Notes under the pieces: generated by a model | The model's input: the letters and a program-made list of their open reading frames with translations, nothing else | What the model was told of the DNA's origin: nothing | Databases searched by the model: none | Position numbers and translations under genes: made by a program | Part shown: positions 29,342 to 40,485 of the stretch, one piece after another | Layout of the letters: each line of letters begins with the position of its first letter | Numbering within the stretch: position 1 is the first letter of the stretch | Source: an uncultured delta proteobacterium | GTDB lineage: Bacteria; Desulfobacterota; Zymogenia; Zymogenales; Zymogenaceae | Assembly (NCBI GenBank): GCA_963792965.1 | Contig: CAWBYW010000016.1 | Coordinates: 115,925 to 179,924, forward strand | DNA length: 64,000 nt | Direction: 5' to 3'

Positions 29342-31316
29342 CTTCTGCCCCGCCTGTTCCCAGCAGCTCGTAAATCCCCACGGCCTGTTCCTTCCCCTTG
29401 ACGTTGACCTGGCCCAGATCACGGGTCACGAAATCTCCCGCCTTCTTTAGCGTAAACTCGCTGATGATGATCGTCGTGCCGAACTCCTTGTTCAGCCCCT
29501 CCAGTCGCGAAGCCAGATTGACGCTGTCGCCAATGACGGTATAATCCATCCGTCGCTCCGAGCCGATATTACCGACGACCACTTCGCCGCTGTTGATGCC
29601 GATGCCGATCTGCATGGGCGGTATCCCCTCCGTCATGAGGCGCTCGTTGACTTTTTTGAGCTCTTGCTTCATGGACAGGGCGCAGAGACACGCCTTGCGC
29701 GCGTGGTCGGGGGCTTGTTTCGGCGCCCCGAAAAACGCCATGATGGCGTCGCCGACGTATTTGTCGAGGGTTCCGTCGAATCGGAAGACCACCTCGACCA
29801 TGGCCTTGAAATAGATATTCAGGCGCCGCACCACTTCCTCGGGGGGGAGCTTCTCGCTCATGGAAGTAAAGCCCCGGATGTCCGAAAAGAGGATCGAGAT
29901 ATCCCTGCGCTCGCCGCTATCGAGCTTCAGGTCCTCGATGTTCTTGCTGATCTCTTCGGCCACCTGGTGGGAGACATACTTCGCGAAGGCTTCCTTGAAC
30001 TTCTTTTTTGTCCTCCCTTCGGTAACATAGTTGAAGACGAGCGTCGAGACAAAGGAGAGAAATATCGCCGACGTCGGCGCGATATAGTCCATCATGACCC
30101 TCTCCCAGCGAAAGAGGTAGCCGACGATAAGCGTAAAGACGATGAGGATTACGAAAAGCGAGAGGATGCCGTACGCGGCGGACGAGGCCCTGAGCGAGAC
30201 CGCCGCCACCAACAGGGAGAGGATGACAATGACCGCCACGCCCTCCGCCCGCGGGAGGCTTTTCACATGGTCGTTATTGAGGATATTGTCAAGTGCCGTG
30301 GCGTTGAGCTCCACCCCCGGGTAGACCGGCGAAAAGGGGGTCGCCCGCAGGTCGAAGAGCGATACGGCGGTCGTCCCCACCAGGACGATCCTGCCGGCGA
30401 AGGTCTCGGCGGGGATGCGTGGGGGCTGCCCCCTCCGGAGTGCCGCCATCGATTCGATAATGTCGCCGATCGAGTAGTATTCATAGGTACGGTACGGGCC
30501 GTGCCAATTGACGGCCATCCTCCCGTCGGGAGACAGCGGAATGGTAATCGGCCCAGCGAGGAGCGTTCGATTCTTCGTGATGACGATTGACTCCTTTTTC
30601 GGGTCGACTCCAAGGTACTTCAGGGCGGATATGAGACAGAGAGACGGATAATAGCGGCCCTGGTACAGAAAGAGGGGATAGACGGCGCGCGAGGGCCCGT
30701 CGGGGTCGGCCACGAAATTGATGCATCCCGTCCCCGATGAGGCGGCCAACAGCCCGAGGTAAGGCAGCGTGGCCGACCGGTATTGTGAAAGGGTGATATC
30801 GCTTCTGTTCTCCACCGGGACACTGAAGTGCTCCGCCAGATAGAGGTGCTCCATGAGCGCCTCATAGGTCTCGGTCCCGGTTTCCGGGCCCGGCAGAAAG
30901 ACCGTCGAGGTGATGGCCTTCCCGAAACCGGAGGCGGCCCGAGCGAATGCGGCATCGGATGTCGGGTTTTTTATGTCGGGCTCAGCGAAGATGAGGTCGA
31001 AGGCCACCAGCCGCGCCCCGCCGGCTTTCAGGTAGTCCAGCAGTGCCCCAAAGACCTCCCGGGGCCAGGGCCACGTACCCAGGTCGTTCCGATAGAAGTT
31101 GAGGCTCTCCTCATCGAGCGTGATGATGACGATGCGGTCGTCATGGCGCTTCGGGTCGGAAAAGATCCTGAAGCGGACGTCGCCGGTCTTGTTCTCAAGT
31201 GAGGTCAACAATCCCCCGAGATGGGCGGACAGGACCACCGCGCTTACCACAGCGCCGATCACTGCACCCATCAGGAATCGATAGAGAGCGGGATATGTTT
31301 TCCTAATATTCTTCAT
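29322..31316 (-). CDS. CHASE2 sensor domain plus class III adenylate/guanylate cyclase
   Basis: 664-aa ORF with an N-terminal TM, a CHASE2-like periplasmic region, a TM cluster, and then the cyclase core (ISILFSDIRGFTSMSE...KYVGDAIMAFFGAP...IGIGINSGEVVVGNIGS...DYTVIGDSVNLASRLE). Confidence 0.8.
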   Translation of the reverse strand: MKNIRKTYPALYRFLMGAVIGAVVSAVVLSAHLGGLLTSLENKTGDVRFRIFSDPKRHDDRIVIITLDEESLNFYRNDLGTWPWPREVFGALLDYLKAGGARLVAFDLIFAEPDIKNPTSDAAFARAASGFGKAITSTVFLPGPETGTETYEALMEHLYLAEHFSVPVENRSDITLSQYRSATLPYLGLLAASSGTGCINFVADPDGPSRAVYPLFLYQGRYYPSLCLISALKYLGVDPKKESIVITKNRTLLAGPITIPLSPDGRMAVNWHGPYRTYEYYSIGDIIESMAALRRGQPPRIPAETFAGRIVLVGTTAVSLFDLRATPFSPVYPGVELNATALDNILNNDHVKSLPRAEGVAVIVILSLLVAAVSLRASSAAYGILSLFVILIVFTLIVGYLFRWERVMMDYIAPTSAIFLSFVSTLVFNYVTEGRTKKKFKEAFAKYVSHQVAEEISKNIEDLKLDSGERRDISILFSDIRGFTSMSEKLPPEEVVRRLNIYFKAMVEVVFRFDGTLDKYVGDAIMAFFGAPKQAPDHARKACLCALSMKQELKKVNERLMTEGIPPMQIGIGINSGEVVVGNIGSERRMDYTVIGDSVNLASRLEGLNKEFGTTIIISEFTLKKAGDFVTRDLGQVNVKGKEQAVGIYELLGTGGAEDEAALR

Positions 31317-31483
31317 ATGTTATACATACCAATAAAAGCAGTCGGAGGCAATAATTTTTATACAACGGGGACGCCTTTCCTCGCTCGTGACGATTGACAT
31401 GATATAAAGAACGGGGTACTATTTACGGCATTACATAATCTTCATGTATTCTTGATGGTAAGCGACAGAGGGAGGCCGCGCTC

Positions 31484-33072
31484 GTGTACGGAACGGATGA
31501 AGGATACGACGGGTGGGAGGGATATCTTGCCTTATTCATGATTTTCGCGGTCGGCACCGCCCTCAGGGCGGTCATGCTTTTTCACCAGACCGTTATCTCG
31601 CCCGATAGTCCCGGGTATATTTATAATGCCCTCGCAATCGGTAAGGAAGGGCTGAAAAGTCTCTTCGCAGGCGGTTTCGCCGGGAATTTCTCCATCTACC
31701 CCATCTTCATCTACCTTACCAATCTCGTGATCGGCGATCCGGTATTGTCCGGTCAGCTGGTCTCGCTCGTATTCGGTTCGCTCGCTATTTTGCTCGTTTA
31801 TCCCATCACGAAAGAGATAATGGGTGCGCGGGCCGGGCTCATCGTCGCCTTTCTCGTGGCCGTTCATCCGCACCTGATCAGGTATTCGGGGATGGTCCTG
31901 AAAGACTCGACCCTGATCTTCTTCGCCCTCGGGGCTGTGGCCCTGGGTCTGTTTGGGTGCACGAGAAGGAACAGGCTCCTCATCGTCCTTGCCGGGATCT
32001 TGGCATGGACCACGGCGGTCGTGCGTCTGTATGGCATCATCGTCGTCCCCTCGCTCGCTCTCGCCATCGTTGTCTATACCCTTTTTCAGAGGGAAGGGAT
32101 AAAGGAGACGCTCCTTCGTCTGGCCCTCTTTCTCTTTCCCCTGCCCGTCGTGGGGTACATCGCGTTCCTCATCTTTATCGGGCCCCACAATGAATTCTTC
32201 ATCGAGAGTTTCCTGAAGGTCCTCACCATTGTCGTATCCTTTGTTCATCAGACCGGGACCTACCGGGACCTGCTTTTGCGTGGCAATCCCGAAATCAGTC
32301 GTGGTTATCTGGACGTGATAACCCGCTATCCCCGGGTTTCGGCCGCCGTTCATTTCGTTGCTGTTTTTGGAACCGCGTTCTTTTTTTTCTTTTTCGTCCT
32401 TTTTCTGTTGGGCATCTACATTGACAGGAAAAATCTCCTCAACAAGGGCCCGCGCCTCTTCATTCTTTCGTTTGCCTCGGTATACATCTTTTTCGATCTT
32501 GCCATTCTCATGGTCTTCTTCTTCCTCACGAAAAGGCAGCTCATGCCGCTCGTTATCGTTCTTCTCCCCTGGTCGGCGCTCACGTTCGAAAGGGGCATCA
32601 CGTGGCTCACGGACTATTCGCGTGCCCGCGCAGAAGAAGAACGCGGCAGATCCTTCGGGCGACAGTTCCGCTCCTCGCCGTTATCTGGATCGTCGGCGCC
32701 TTCTCTTACACAAGTTCTCCGACCGCGGAAGGTGCGCTGCTCGGGTACAAAAGGGCGGCGGGCGAGTATATCAAGGAGACGGCAGGCGGCCATCCCCTGA
32801 TTCTTCTTCCCCACGCCGATGCCGAAGGACTGGTCGTCTTCTATGCGGGCGCCGAGGGCATATCCTTCGATGACCCGGCCACAATCGAGAAGATGATCGA
32901 TACCGATGACCCCAATATCATCTTGTGGGATACGGTCCTCGGCCCCCTGCCGAAGGAGTTTCCTCTGCTGGTTGAGCACGGCAAAATCGAGCATATCACG
33001 ACGATACCGGGCTCAGGCACCAATGTTATCTATATCTATCGGAATACCCGAAACGAAACCGGCAGGCGGTAG
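31484..33072 (+). CDS. polytopic GT39/ArnT-like glycosyltransferase (PMT_2-like), frameshifted as assembled
   Basis: ORF 31484..32800 has many TM helices with ArnT/PMT-like character. Its tail is Arg/Ser-rich sequence that looks out of frame. The overlapping frame 32602..33072 gives a further TM (VPLLAVIWIVGAFSY) and a soluble C-terminal domain. The shift lies at about 32600-32660. Confidence 0.6.
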
Positions 33073-33176
33073 GCGCCACGGAAGGCCCGCAAAAAAGGGG
33101 CTGGAGAAAACTATCCCCAACCCCTCTTGTTTCCCACGACTCGCCCCGCCGAGCGGCGGCGTCCCAAAATCTCAGA

Positions 33177-33800
33177 TCAGTTGGTCGCCGGGACCACGTT
33201 GAAGGCCACGGAGGTGTAGTATTCATTGTCAAAATAGATGTCCCAGCGCCACTGACCCGTGGGGTCACCCGAGGGATTAAACCCCCAGTAGCTGGTAAAG
33301 ATGTCGCTGTCCGGCGTCAGCGTGGTGCTATAGACGGCGCGGTTCTCCGCCGGGTAGGTTTTATAGCTTCCCTCGCTCCCCTCCCAGAGGGTCCAGTTCT
33401 GGGGCGCATAGGGGAAAAACTCCTCTTCACGGTAGGAAACCGGATGTCCGCTGTTGCTTTTGTATTTGAATGAGATGCCGAAATAGGTGCTCGGGATGTA
33501 CGGTATGGTAGTCGCGTCCTCATACACGTAGAGATTTCCCGAGCCGTCGTCCTTCATCTTGCCCATCCTGAATTCAGTGATGACACACGTCGTGAGGGCT
33601 TGCGGGGGCGACATCCCGGGCCCGACCACGCTCGGCACTCCGGGCTGGGACGGCGCGCCATACGGCTGCGGGCCCGCGGGCCCCGCCTGTCCGGGTCCCC
33701 CGGCTCCTATCCCGAGCATCTGTTTGATCCTGTCGCATCCCGTCCCCGCGAAGGCCAGCGCAAGCACAAGGAGGGACAAAATAATCAGGTTCTTTCTCAT
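33177..33800 (-). CDS. hypothetical lipoprotein with Gly/Pro-rich linker
   Basis: Lipobox LAFAGTGC, a PGQAGPAGPQPYGAPSQPG linker, and an aromatic-rich C-terminal domain. Last gene of the A2M-containing strand run. Confidence 0.5.
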   Translation of the reverse strand: MRKNLIILSLLVLALAFAGTGCDRIKQMLGIGAGGPGQAGPAGPQPYGAPSQPGVPSVVGPGMSPPQALTTCVITEFRMGKMKDDGSGNLYVYEDATTIPYIPSTYFGISFKYKSNSGHPVSYREEEFFPYAPQNWTLWEGSEGSYKTYPAENRAVYSTTLTPDSDIFTSYWGFNPSGDPTGQWRWDIYFDNEYYTSVAFNVVPATN

Positions 33801-33932
33801 ATCGTGCTCCTTTATCTATAGTCTATCATAGGCCGAAAAGTAGATGTTTTTCGTATAGTAATGAAATCGGGGTCCCCTGTCAAGGGGGGAAAGACCCGAC
33901 CCACCGTTTTGACGGACGACACCGGACCCGAT

Positions 33933-34580
33933 TCAGGGCAACCGTTCCCCCCGCGTGGACGCCCGGCCCTGCCCCCCGATAACCTTTACCGCCTCCTCAT
34001 AGGCCAGCACATACCCCCACCGATTTTTCTCCCTGTCCGTCCGCTCCGAAAGGAGCGCGTCGATCTCGCCGGTGTTCCGGGTGACGGGCTTGGGTCCCGA
34101 AAGGCCCTTTTTCAACGCGTCGATCTCGCCGGCATAGTAGACCGCGAGTCCCTCCGAAAACCAGAGCGGCACGTGGGTGCCGAAACGAAGCCGGAGAAGC
34201 GCGAGACACACCTCATGGGCGACGGTCGACTTCAACACCCCGCGCTCTTTCAGGACGTTCACCGGCTGCAGGTAGATCGATCCGTCGATCATCGCCGAGG
34301 CCGACCAGAACGGCAGCCTCGTCTGGGCCGTGAAATCTCCGGTCTCCTTGAAGATCACCACGTCGATGGGACGGCCCGCGCCGCTCCCAACCCTCGTTTC
34401 CATCGCGGTGTATGCCGATTCGAGGGCGTCCTTTACCTCCGAGAGCTCGCCGGCCCGAAGGGTCTCGGCGAAATAGATATTGAAATGCCGTGTCTGGGTC
34501 TGGGCAAAGTCAAGGGCGCCTGCCTCTCGGCTGATGACGAGAAGAAGGCACGAGATCAGAAATAGGAACGGTCTTCTCAA
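33933..34580 (-). CDS. secreted protein, degenerate peptidase-MA-like (HExxL instead of HExxH)
   Basis: Signal peptide MRRPFLFLISCLLLVISREAGA. VAHEVCLALL...WFSEGLAVYYAG resembles HExxH...E zincin motifs, but the second His is Leu. Weak call. Confidence 0.35.
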   Translation of the reverse strand: MRRPFLFLISCLLLVISREAGALDFAQTQTRHFNIYFAETLRAGELSEVKDALESAYTAMETRVGSGAGRPIDVVIFKETGDFTAQTRLPFWSASAMIDGSIYLQPVNVLKERGVLKSTVAHEVCLALLRLRFGTHVPLWFSEGLAVYYAGEIDALKKGLSGPKPVTRNTGEIDALLSERTDREKNRWGYVLAYEEAVKVIGGQGRASTRGERLP

Positions 34581-35605
34581 TCCGTATGCACGCCTCCGAA
34601 ATAGACGCGGAAAACCTCCCGGGCCACCGGCGCGGCATCCTCACCCCCCCGGCCGTGGTAGAGGAAGACGACCACGGCGATCTCGGGGTTCTCGGCGGGG
34701 GCAAAACCCAAGAACCAGGCGTGAGTCGCCCAGCTGGAGCCGAGGAACTCGCCGGTGCCGGTTTTGCCCATAATCTCGTGCCCGTCCGGCGTCCCCTTGA
34801 CGGCGGTTCCGTACGCCGCCGCATCGCGCATTCCCTCGGCGAGGATCGGCGCCGCGCGGGAAACCTCTACCTTCCTGTTGAGTCTCGGCGAAAATGAACC
34901 GATATCGTCTGCGGTGGGGGTCACGCGGGGAACCCAGATACTGCCCCCGTTCACGAGGGCCGAAAGATTCACGATCACCTGAAGGGGCGTCGCCGTGACG
35001 TTGTCGGTGTCTCCGATGACATACTCACGGGCAAACGCCGGCTCGGGGGGGATGAGCCTTCCCGCCTCCTCCTGTGGAAGGTTGACCCCGGTCTTTTCTC
35101 CAAACCCGAGCTCGGAAAGCCCCCGGTAGGTGGTGTCGGCGCCCAGCGTCTCGGCAAGGGAAAGGAAATAGAGATTACACGAGTAGGCGATCCCGCGGAC
35201 AAGGTTGAGATCACCGTGTCCGGGGGGGTACCAGCAATCGTATTTCGTTCCCGATATAACGGCACTCCCGGTACACCTGAAGCGAGCGTCGGGAGAGATA
35301 CGCTTCTCTTCGATCCCTTTCCAGACGCTCACAAGCTTGACGAGCGAGCCGGGGGGAAAGGCCCAGCGTGTCGCCATGTCGGGCCCCACCATCGCTCTGA
35401 TGCGTCCCGTCTTCACGTCCATGACGACGACCGCCCCGGTCCGGCCCGCCAGGGCGTCGGATGCCGCGCTTTCGAGGAGGGCGTCGCCTTTCAACACCTG
35501 TTCCGGGCCCGGCCTGCAACCCGAGGCGAAGAGAAATAAAAGGGCGACCCCCCCGATGAGGGGTCGCCGAAAGAGTAAACGAATCCGCCGCCGGATCCCC
35601 GTCAT
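34577..35605 (-). CDS. penicillin-binding transpeptidase-domain lipoprotein (no glycosyltransferase module)
   Basis: Lipobox LFASGC. SxxK (PGSLVKL), SxN (YSCN) and KTG (GKTGTG) motifs occur in the canonical order. Overlaps the A2M stop by 4 nt. Confidence 0.75.
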   Translation of the reverse strand: MTGIRRRIRLLFRRPLIGGVALLFLFASGCRPGPEQVLKGDALLESAASDALAGRTGAVVVMDVKTGRIRAMVGPDMATRWAFPPGSLVKLVSVWKGIEEKRISPDARFRCTGSAVISGTKYDCWYPPGHGDLNLVRGIAYSCNLYFLSLAETLGADTTYRGLSELGFGEKTGVNLPQEEAGRLIPPEPAFAREYVIGDTDNVTATPLQVIVNLSALVNGGSIWVPRVTPTADDIGSFSPRLNRKVEVSRAAPILAEGMRDAAAYGTAVKGTPDGHEIMGKTGTGEFLGSSWATHAWFLGFAPAENPEIAVVVFLYHGRGGEDAAPVAREVFRVYFGGVHTD

Positions 35606-38600
35606 TTCCCCTCGGTGATGACAAGGCTTGAGCTTCCCGTCCTTCCGAAGCGGTCCGGGAAGTACATCAGGTACGCCTCGGCCGGCATGACACCGTAGGT
35701 CCCCGGGTTTTGGGCGCGGAGGATATACTTGAAGACATAGGTCCCCACGTCGACGTAGTCCATCGATAGAGCGATCCGCTCATCCCGGAATTCCCTTCCG
35801 GCAAACCACCAGTCCGCATCGCCGGTATAGAGATCGTCCCCGGAGATGACATAGTTTTTATCGTCGCTGATGGCCTCATAGCCCGCCGGGTAGTAGTCCT
35901 CCAGCAGGAAGTATTGGGCCTTCTTGTCGGTCGTGACCGAAAGCTCCACGAGGATCTCGTCCCCGCTACTGACCGGGCCGCTGAGCGGCACCTTCGCGTA
36001 GATGAGCTCTCCCTTCTTGGGCACCTTCTTGAGGAGGTAGTACTTTCTGCTCACGGCAAATCCGGCGTTCAGCGGGGCTATCGAGGGGGCCGCGCTGTAG
36101 TGCGTGAAGGTCGAGGAATAGTAGAGGCTACCCGGCCCGTCCTTCTTGATGACGATCGTATTGGGGCCGGTCTTGAGATCCCCTTCCTTGACGGTAATCG
36201 TTCCCCCCTCGGTGAGCATCGTCTCCTTGGTGATGTGGCTCTTCTTGAGCTGTTTGCCGTTGAGGGTAAGCGTCATGGTGTAGTTCGGCTTGATCTCCCC
36301 GGTCCGGGTGATGTAGTCCGTCAGGGCATAGATGATCTTCCCCGTGGCCTTGGTGGAGCGCCAGTAGCTTCCGGTCCGGTTGATGATAAGCCAGCGGATC
36401 GTCTTGGGGATGAGGGGATTATTGACGTCGCGCATGGCCATCACCCGCAAAACGTACGCGGTGGTCTCCAGGGGATCGGCCTCCCAGTCCCACCAATAGA
36501 AGTCCTCTCCGACGTAACCCCAGTGAACATAGCCGTTCTCCTGGATCTTTTCCTTCATGAGCAGGTCATACAGGACGTTGGCCTTCTCCCGGATCCCCTC
36601 GTTCTCGTAGGCCAACAGCAGCATCGCCTGAGAAATGGGGGTGAGCTTGTCGCGCTTCTCGAACATCTCGTCGAGCCACGCGGTCTTGAGCTTGTCCGTG
36701 TAGGACAAGACGTAGAGGGCGTAGACCTTGACGGAGTCCTGATCGATCTTGCTCAGCTGAGAGATGAGGGACGCGGTGCCGCGCTTGATGACGCCCTCGT
36801 CCACGGTGATGGGAATGCCTGCCTCGGGAAGGAGGCGTTTCGCTTCGAGGAGCCCGTACAACACGTAGGCGGTCATGTAGGGATCGGTCTCGTCGAACTC
36901 GTACCACCCCCAGCCGTTATCGTCGTGCTGCCGTTTGTAGAGCACCATGAGCCCGCTCTTGATGTAGGCGGGGAGGTCCTTCTCTACGCTCTTATCGGAA
37001 AGGTCAAGCTTCTTTAATACCGACGCGACCATGACTGATGGCAAGAACCTTGCCATTACCTGCTCGTTTCACCCATAGGGGTAGCCGACGAGGAATGGTA
37101 TAGCGGCAAGCATTGTGTTGACGAGCGATGGACTGGTGGTAATGGTGAGCTCAGCAGCGTTCTTTATCGTGTTGGCGGGCTTGTTGACCGTCACCGTGAG
37201 CGTCCCGGAGTCCTTGATGATCTCTCCCATATCGTTCTTTGTCTCTTTGATGCCGAGCGGGAGGATCGGCACCTTTATCTCCATTCCGTCGGAGACCTCG
37301 TTGGTCATCGCCTTTGCCGTGAGAACGGCACTTCCCACGAGGTCCGCCCTGACGTGCCAGTCGACGCGCTTCTCTCCGTTTTTCGGGACGATTGCATCGA
37401 CCGGAACGCCGGAAGCGAGCGTCAATCCCTTTGCGTCGAACGTGAAGTGCACCTTCTTGTCGGTCGACAGGTAATTATGGGCGATGGTGGAGATTACGAG
37501 GTCGTCCCCCTGGCGCAGAAATCGCGGCGCCTCTATGCGGACGAGTAAGTCCTTGCGCTCGATGACCCGGTAGGTAGTCTCCCCCATGCTGTCGCCCGTG
37601 GTCACCCCCCGGACCGTCGCACGCCAACGCGTCAGGTTGTCCGGGAAGGTGACGGTGACCGTGGCCATACCCTTTGCGTTGGTCGTGATCGTGGGCGACC
37701 AGTACATCGTGTCCTTGAAGTCCTTTCGGATCAGCGGTTGAACGAGCGTGTCTCCCTTGAAGTCGGCAAGCTTCGTCTCTTTTTCCGGAAGTCCCGCCAG
37801 GAGTCCTTTCCGGTGAGAGTATCCGTAAAAGCGGAAGTAGAGGGATGACGACGTGTCCACGGAATGATAGCGCAGCGAGTAGAAATACTTCTGGATTTCG
37901 TCGACAAGCTCCGGTGAGATGGCGTAGATGGCGTCGTCCACGACGCCGAGCGACACCTCTGCCGACACGGGTTTGCCTGTGCTGTCCGTCGTCTTTATCG
38001 TAAAGGTGCCCTTTTCTTGCGGCTCGTACGTCGCCTTATTGGAGGTCACCTCGACGTTGATGAACTTTTCGGTCGGTGGGATGATGATGTTCTTGCTGTC
38101 CGAATAGAGCTCATCGTTGAAGATCGCGGCAACCGAGAGGTAGATGTTGGGGGTGTATCTCTCCTTTATGGGGAGATCCAGCATCGCCGTGCCACCCGTG
38201 GCTTTGATGACTCGGCTATCAAGGATCGAGTCTCCCTCGGTGGTAATCAACAGATAGGTATCCTTCACCGGCGCGGCGATCAGGATGTGGGCGGTATCGC
38301 CCACCGCGTAGGTATCCTTGTCGGGGATAATCGTGACGCCGCCCTCCGACGTCCCGCCGTAGGCATACCCCTCCGTAAAGGAATACGATGAGTCCTTGGC
38401 CGTGGTGGAGTTGCCCGCGTTATCGAAGACCGTGGCGATGAAATTGACGTCGCCCACGTTTTTCACCGTATATTCGATGACGGCGTCCCCACCGGAGTTC
38501 GTCCTTCCCGAAAGGGTGGCCGAGCTCGTGACCTTGCCCCCCTGCCAGTCGGTCTCCGTGACGATGAGCGTCACCGGCACATTCGCCACACCCTTGTTGT

Positions 38601-40242
38601 CAAAGTCGGAGACGTTGACCGTGATCCGCGCCTTATCCCCCGGCGCGTAGACCCAGCGGTCGGGACGTAGCGAAACGGTGTAGTTTGACCGAACGACCTT
38701 GACGACGCTGCTGGTGGTAACCACCCGGCGCGAGAGATCGGTAACGTTGGCCTCGATGGTGAAGGTATAGTCGTTGTCGGGCGACTCAAGGTATTGCGAC
38801 GTGTCTACCGTGAGCCTGAGCTTCCCGGCGTTGTCGAGCATAGCCGTGCCACTGTCCACCATGACCTTCTCGGTGGCGGTCCAGTAGTCTTCGTCCATGA
38901 AGTACCAGCCCCAGTCGTACCCCCACCACCAGGGGCGCTCGTAGACCGACCGGTAGACCGTATAGTCCACCTTGGCCTCCGTTACGGGGCTGCCGAAGTA
39001 GTAGCCCGCCTCGATATCGGCCGTGATCGTGTCGCCCCGGATGTAGACGTTCTTATCCGTCCTGATCTTGACCTCGTATTCGGGCTTCTTGTACTCCTCC
39101 ACCTTGAAGCTGTTGTAGTAGTTCTGTCCATTCAGTCCCACGACGATCTGATATTCGCCGAGCGAGGGCTCCTCTCCGAGGGTGAAGTCCCCCGAGAGGC
39201 TCCCGTACTTATTAATCTTATAGTTGTTCCGGAAGACCTCGTCGCCCTTGGCGTCGTCGATGATGACCAGGTAGTCGTCGCCGGTGTCGGGAACCTTCAG
39301 CCCCGAGTCGGTGGCGTTTCTCAGGATCGAGCGAAAATGCACCGTGTCGCCGGGACGGTAGACGGGTCGGTCGGTGTAGGTGTAGACCTTGTCGCTTGCT
39401 TCCCCTTCCCCGTAGGCATAGGGGTCGGCCAGGGTGAAGTTCTCGCCGTCCTGGGCGAAGACATAGATGACGTCACTCTCGGTCGCTTTCACCTTGGAGT
39501 AGTAGATCCCGTCGGAGTCCGTCTTCCCCTTGAAGAGGAGTTTTTTCTGGTTGTCGTAGACCGATACCTTAACGCCTTTCATCGGTTTGCCGGTTACCCG
39601 GTCGGCCACGTAGATAAGGCTGTCGGTGCTCGAGTTCTTCACGACAAACGACATGGGGGTAACGACGACCATCGTATAGGCCACCGAATCCTCAAAGACC
39701 GCCTCGACGAGGTAGCACCCCGGTTTCGGGACTTTGACGTCTATGTTGTGGTACTCCCACTGTCCACTGCCCGAGATGACCAACTTCTCCTGCCAGCGGT
39801 TGAGGAGCTTGAACTGGGTCAGGATCGGGAAGAGCTCGTAGGTCTGTGGCGCGGGTGAGACGGGCTCCTGGGCGTGCGGCAGGCCGAGTGCCGAGACGAC
39901 ATCGTCTCGGATGTTGTCGGAGAGTTTTGAGCGATAGTCGTCCCGGAAGAGTTCTACCCCCTTCCGTTTGATCGCCCCAACCATCTCGGCGGGGGCCGAT
40001 GTCCCCCGTTTCGTCGTCACCACCGGCGAGTGGACGTCATCGAGCCCGAGGAAGTACGATTTCGGATCGTCTACCCGGTAGAGCCGGATATCGAGGGACG
40101 GGACATCCATGGAGGAAACGGTGACGGTGACGGGCTCCCCCGGAGCGAAGATCTTGTCCGTGGAGAGCTCAAAGGAGCCTGCGAGCGTCACGGCCGGCAG
40201 TGTTAAGAGCAATACGATCGAAAGAATAAGGGACTTTTTCAT
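35602..40242 (-). CDS. bacterial alpha-2-macroglobulin family protein with an in-frame TGA at the thioester Cys position (candidate selenoprotein)
   Basis: ORFs 37069..40254 (signal peptide MKKSLILSIVLLLTLPAVTLAG after GAGGGA, then MG-domain-like beta-rich repeats) and 35602..37056 are in the same frame. They are separated only by TGA (37069-37071) and 4 sense codons. Read-through gives LVGYPYG-[TGA]-NEQVMARFLPSV, matching the YPYGCxEQ thioester motif. No frameshift was seen across ~4.6 kb. Confidence 0.85.
37038..37071 (-). other. in-frame UGA (37069-37071) plus candidate SECIS hairpin (37038-37056)
   Basis: On the mRNA the order is UGA, then 12 nt, then AUGGCAAG-GUU-CUUGCCAU. This is a perfect 8-bp stem; the apical loop is GUU, or GGUUC if the closing pair opens. 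As I recall it, the E. coli fdhF SECIS is UGA, 11 nt, then GGUUGCA-GGUC-UGCACC. Confidence 0.5.
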
Positions 40243-40485
40243 AGTTTCCCTCAAAGAATGGAGTATATCGTTGTTTGGTCTGTCACCGTGAGAGTGCGCG
40301 GCGACCGCGGCAATCCCCGGCTGTCGTTACCGATACGGAGGTAATAAGGATCCTTCCTCGAGAATCAGGGCTCGCCTCGTTGTGCCACATCGCCTGGCCT
40401 CCCACGATTCGGGCAGGAACGTTCCCCTGCAATGACCGAGAAGAGCTCCCACGATACTTTGGACCTCAAAAGCACCTATAAAGCT

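Noticed and set aside
37069-37071. Genome-wide reassignment of UGA (for example UGA=Gly or Trp) as the explanation for the internal TGA.
   Set aside because: TGA is used as a stop for several well-defined genes in this window, including overlapping ATGA junctions at 24985, 6299 and 10833. I noticed no other conserved gene needing UGA read-through.
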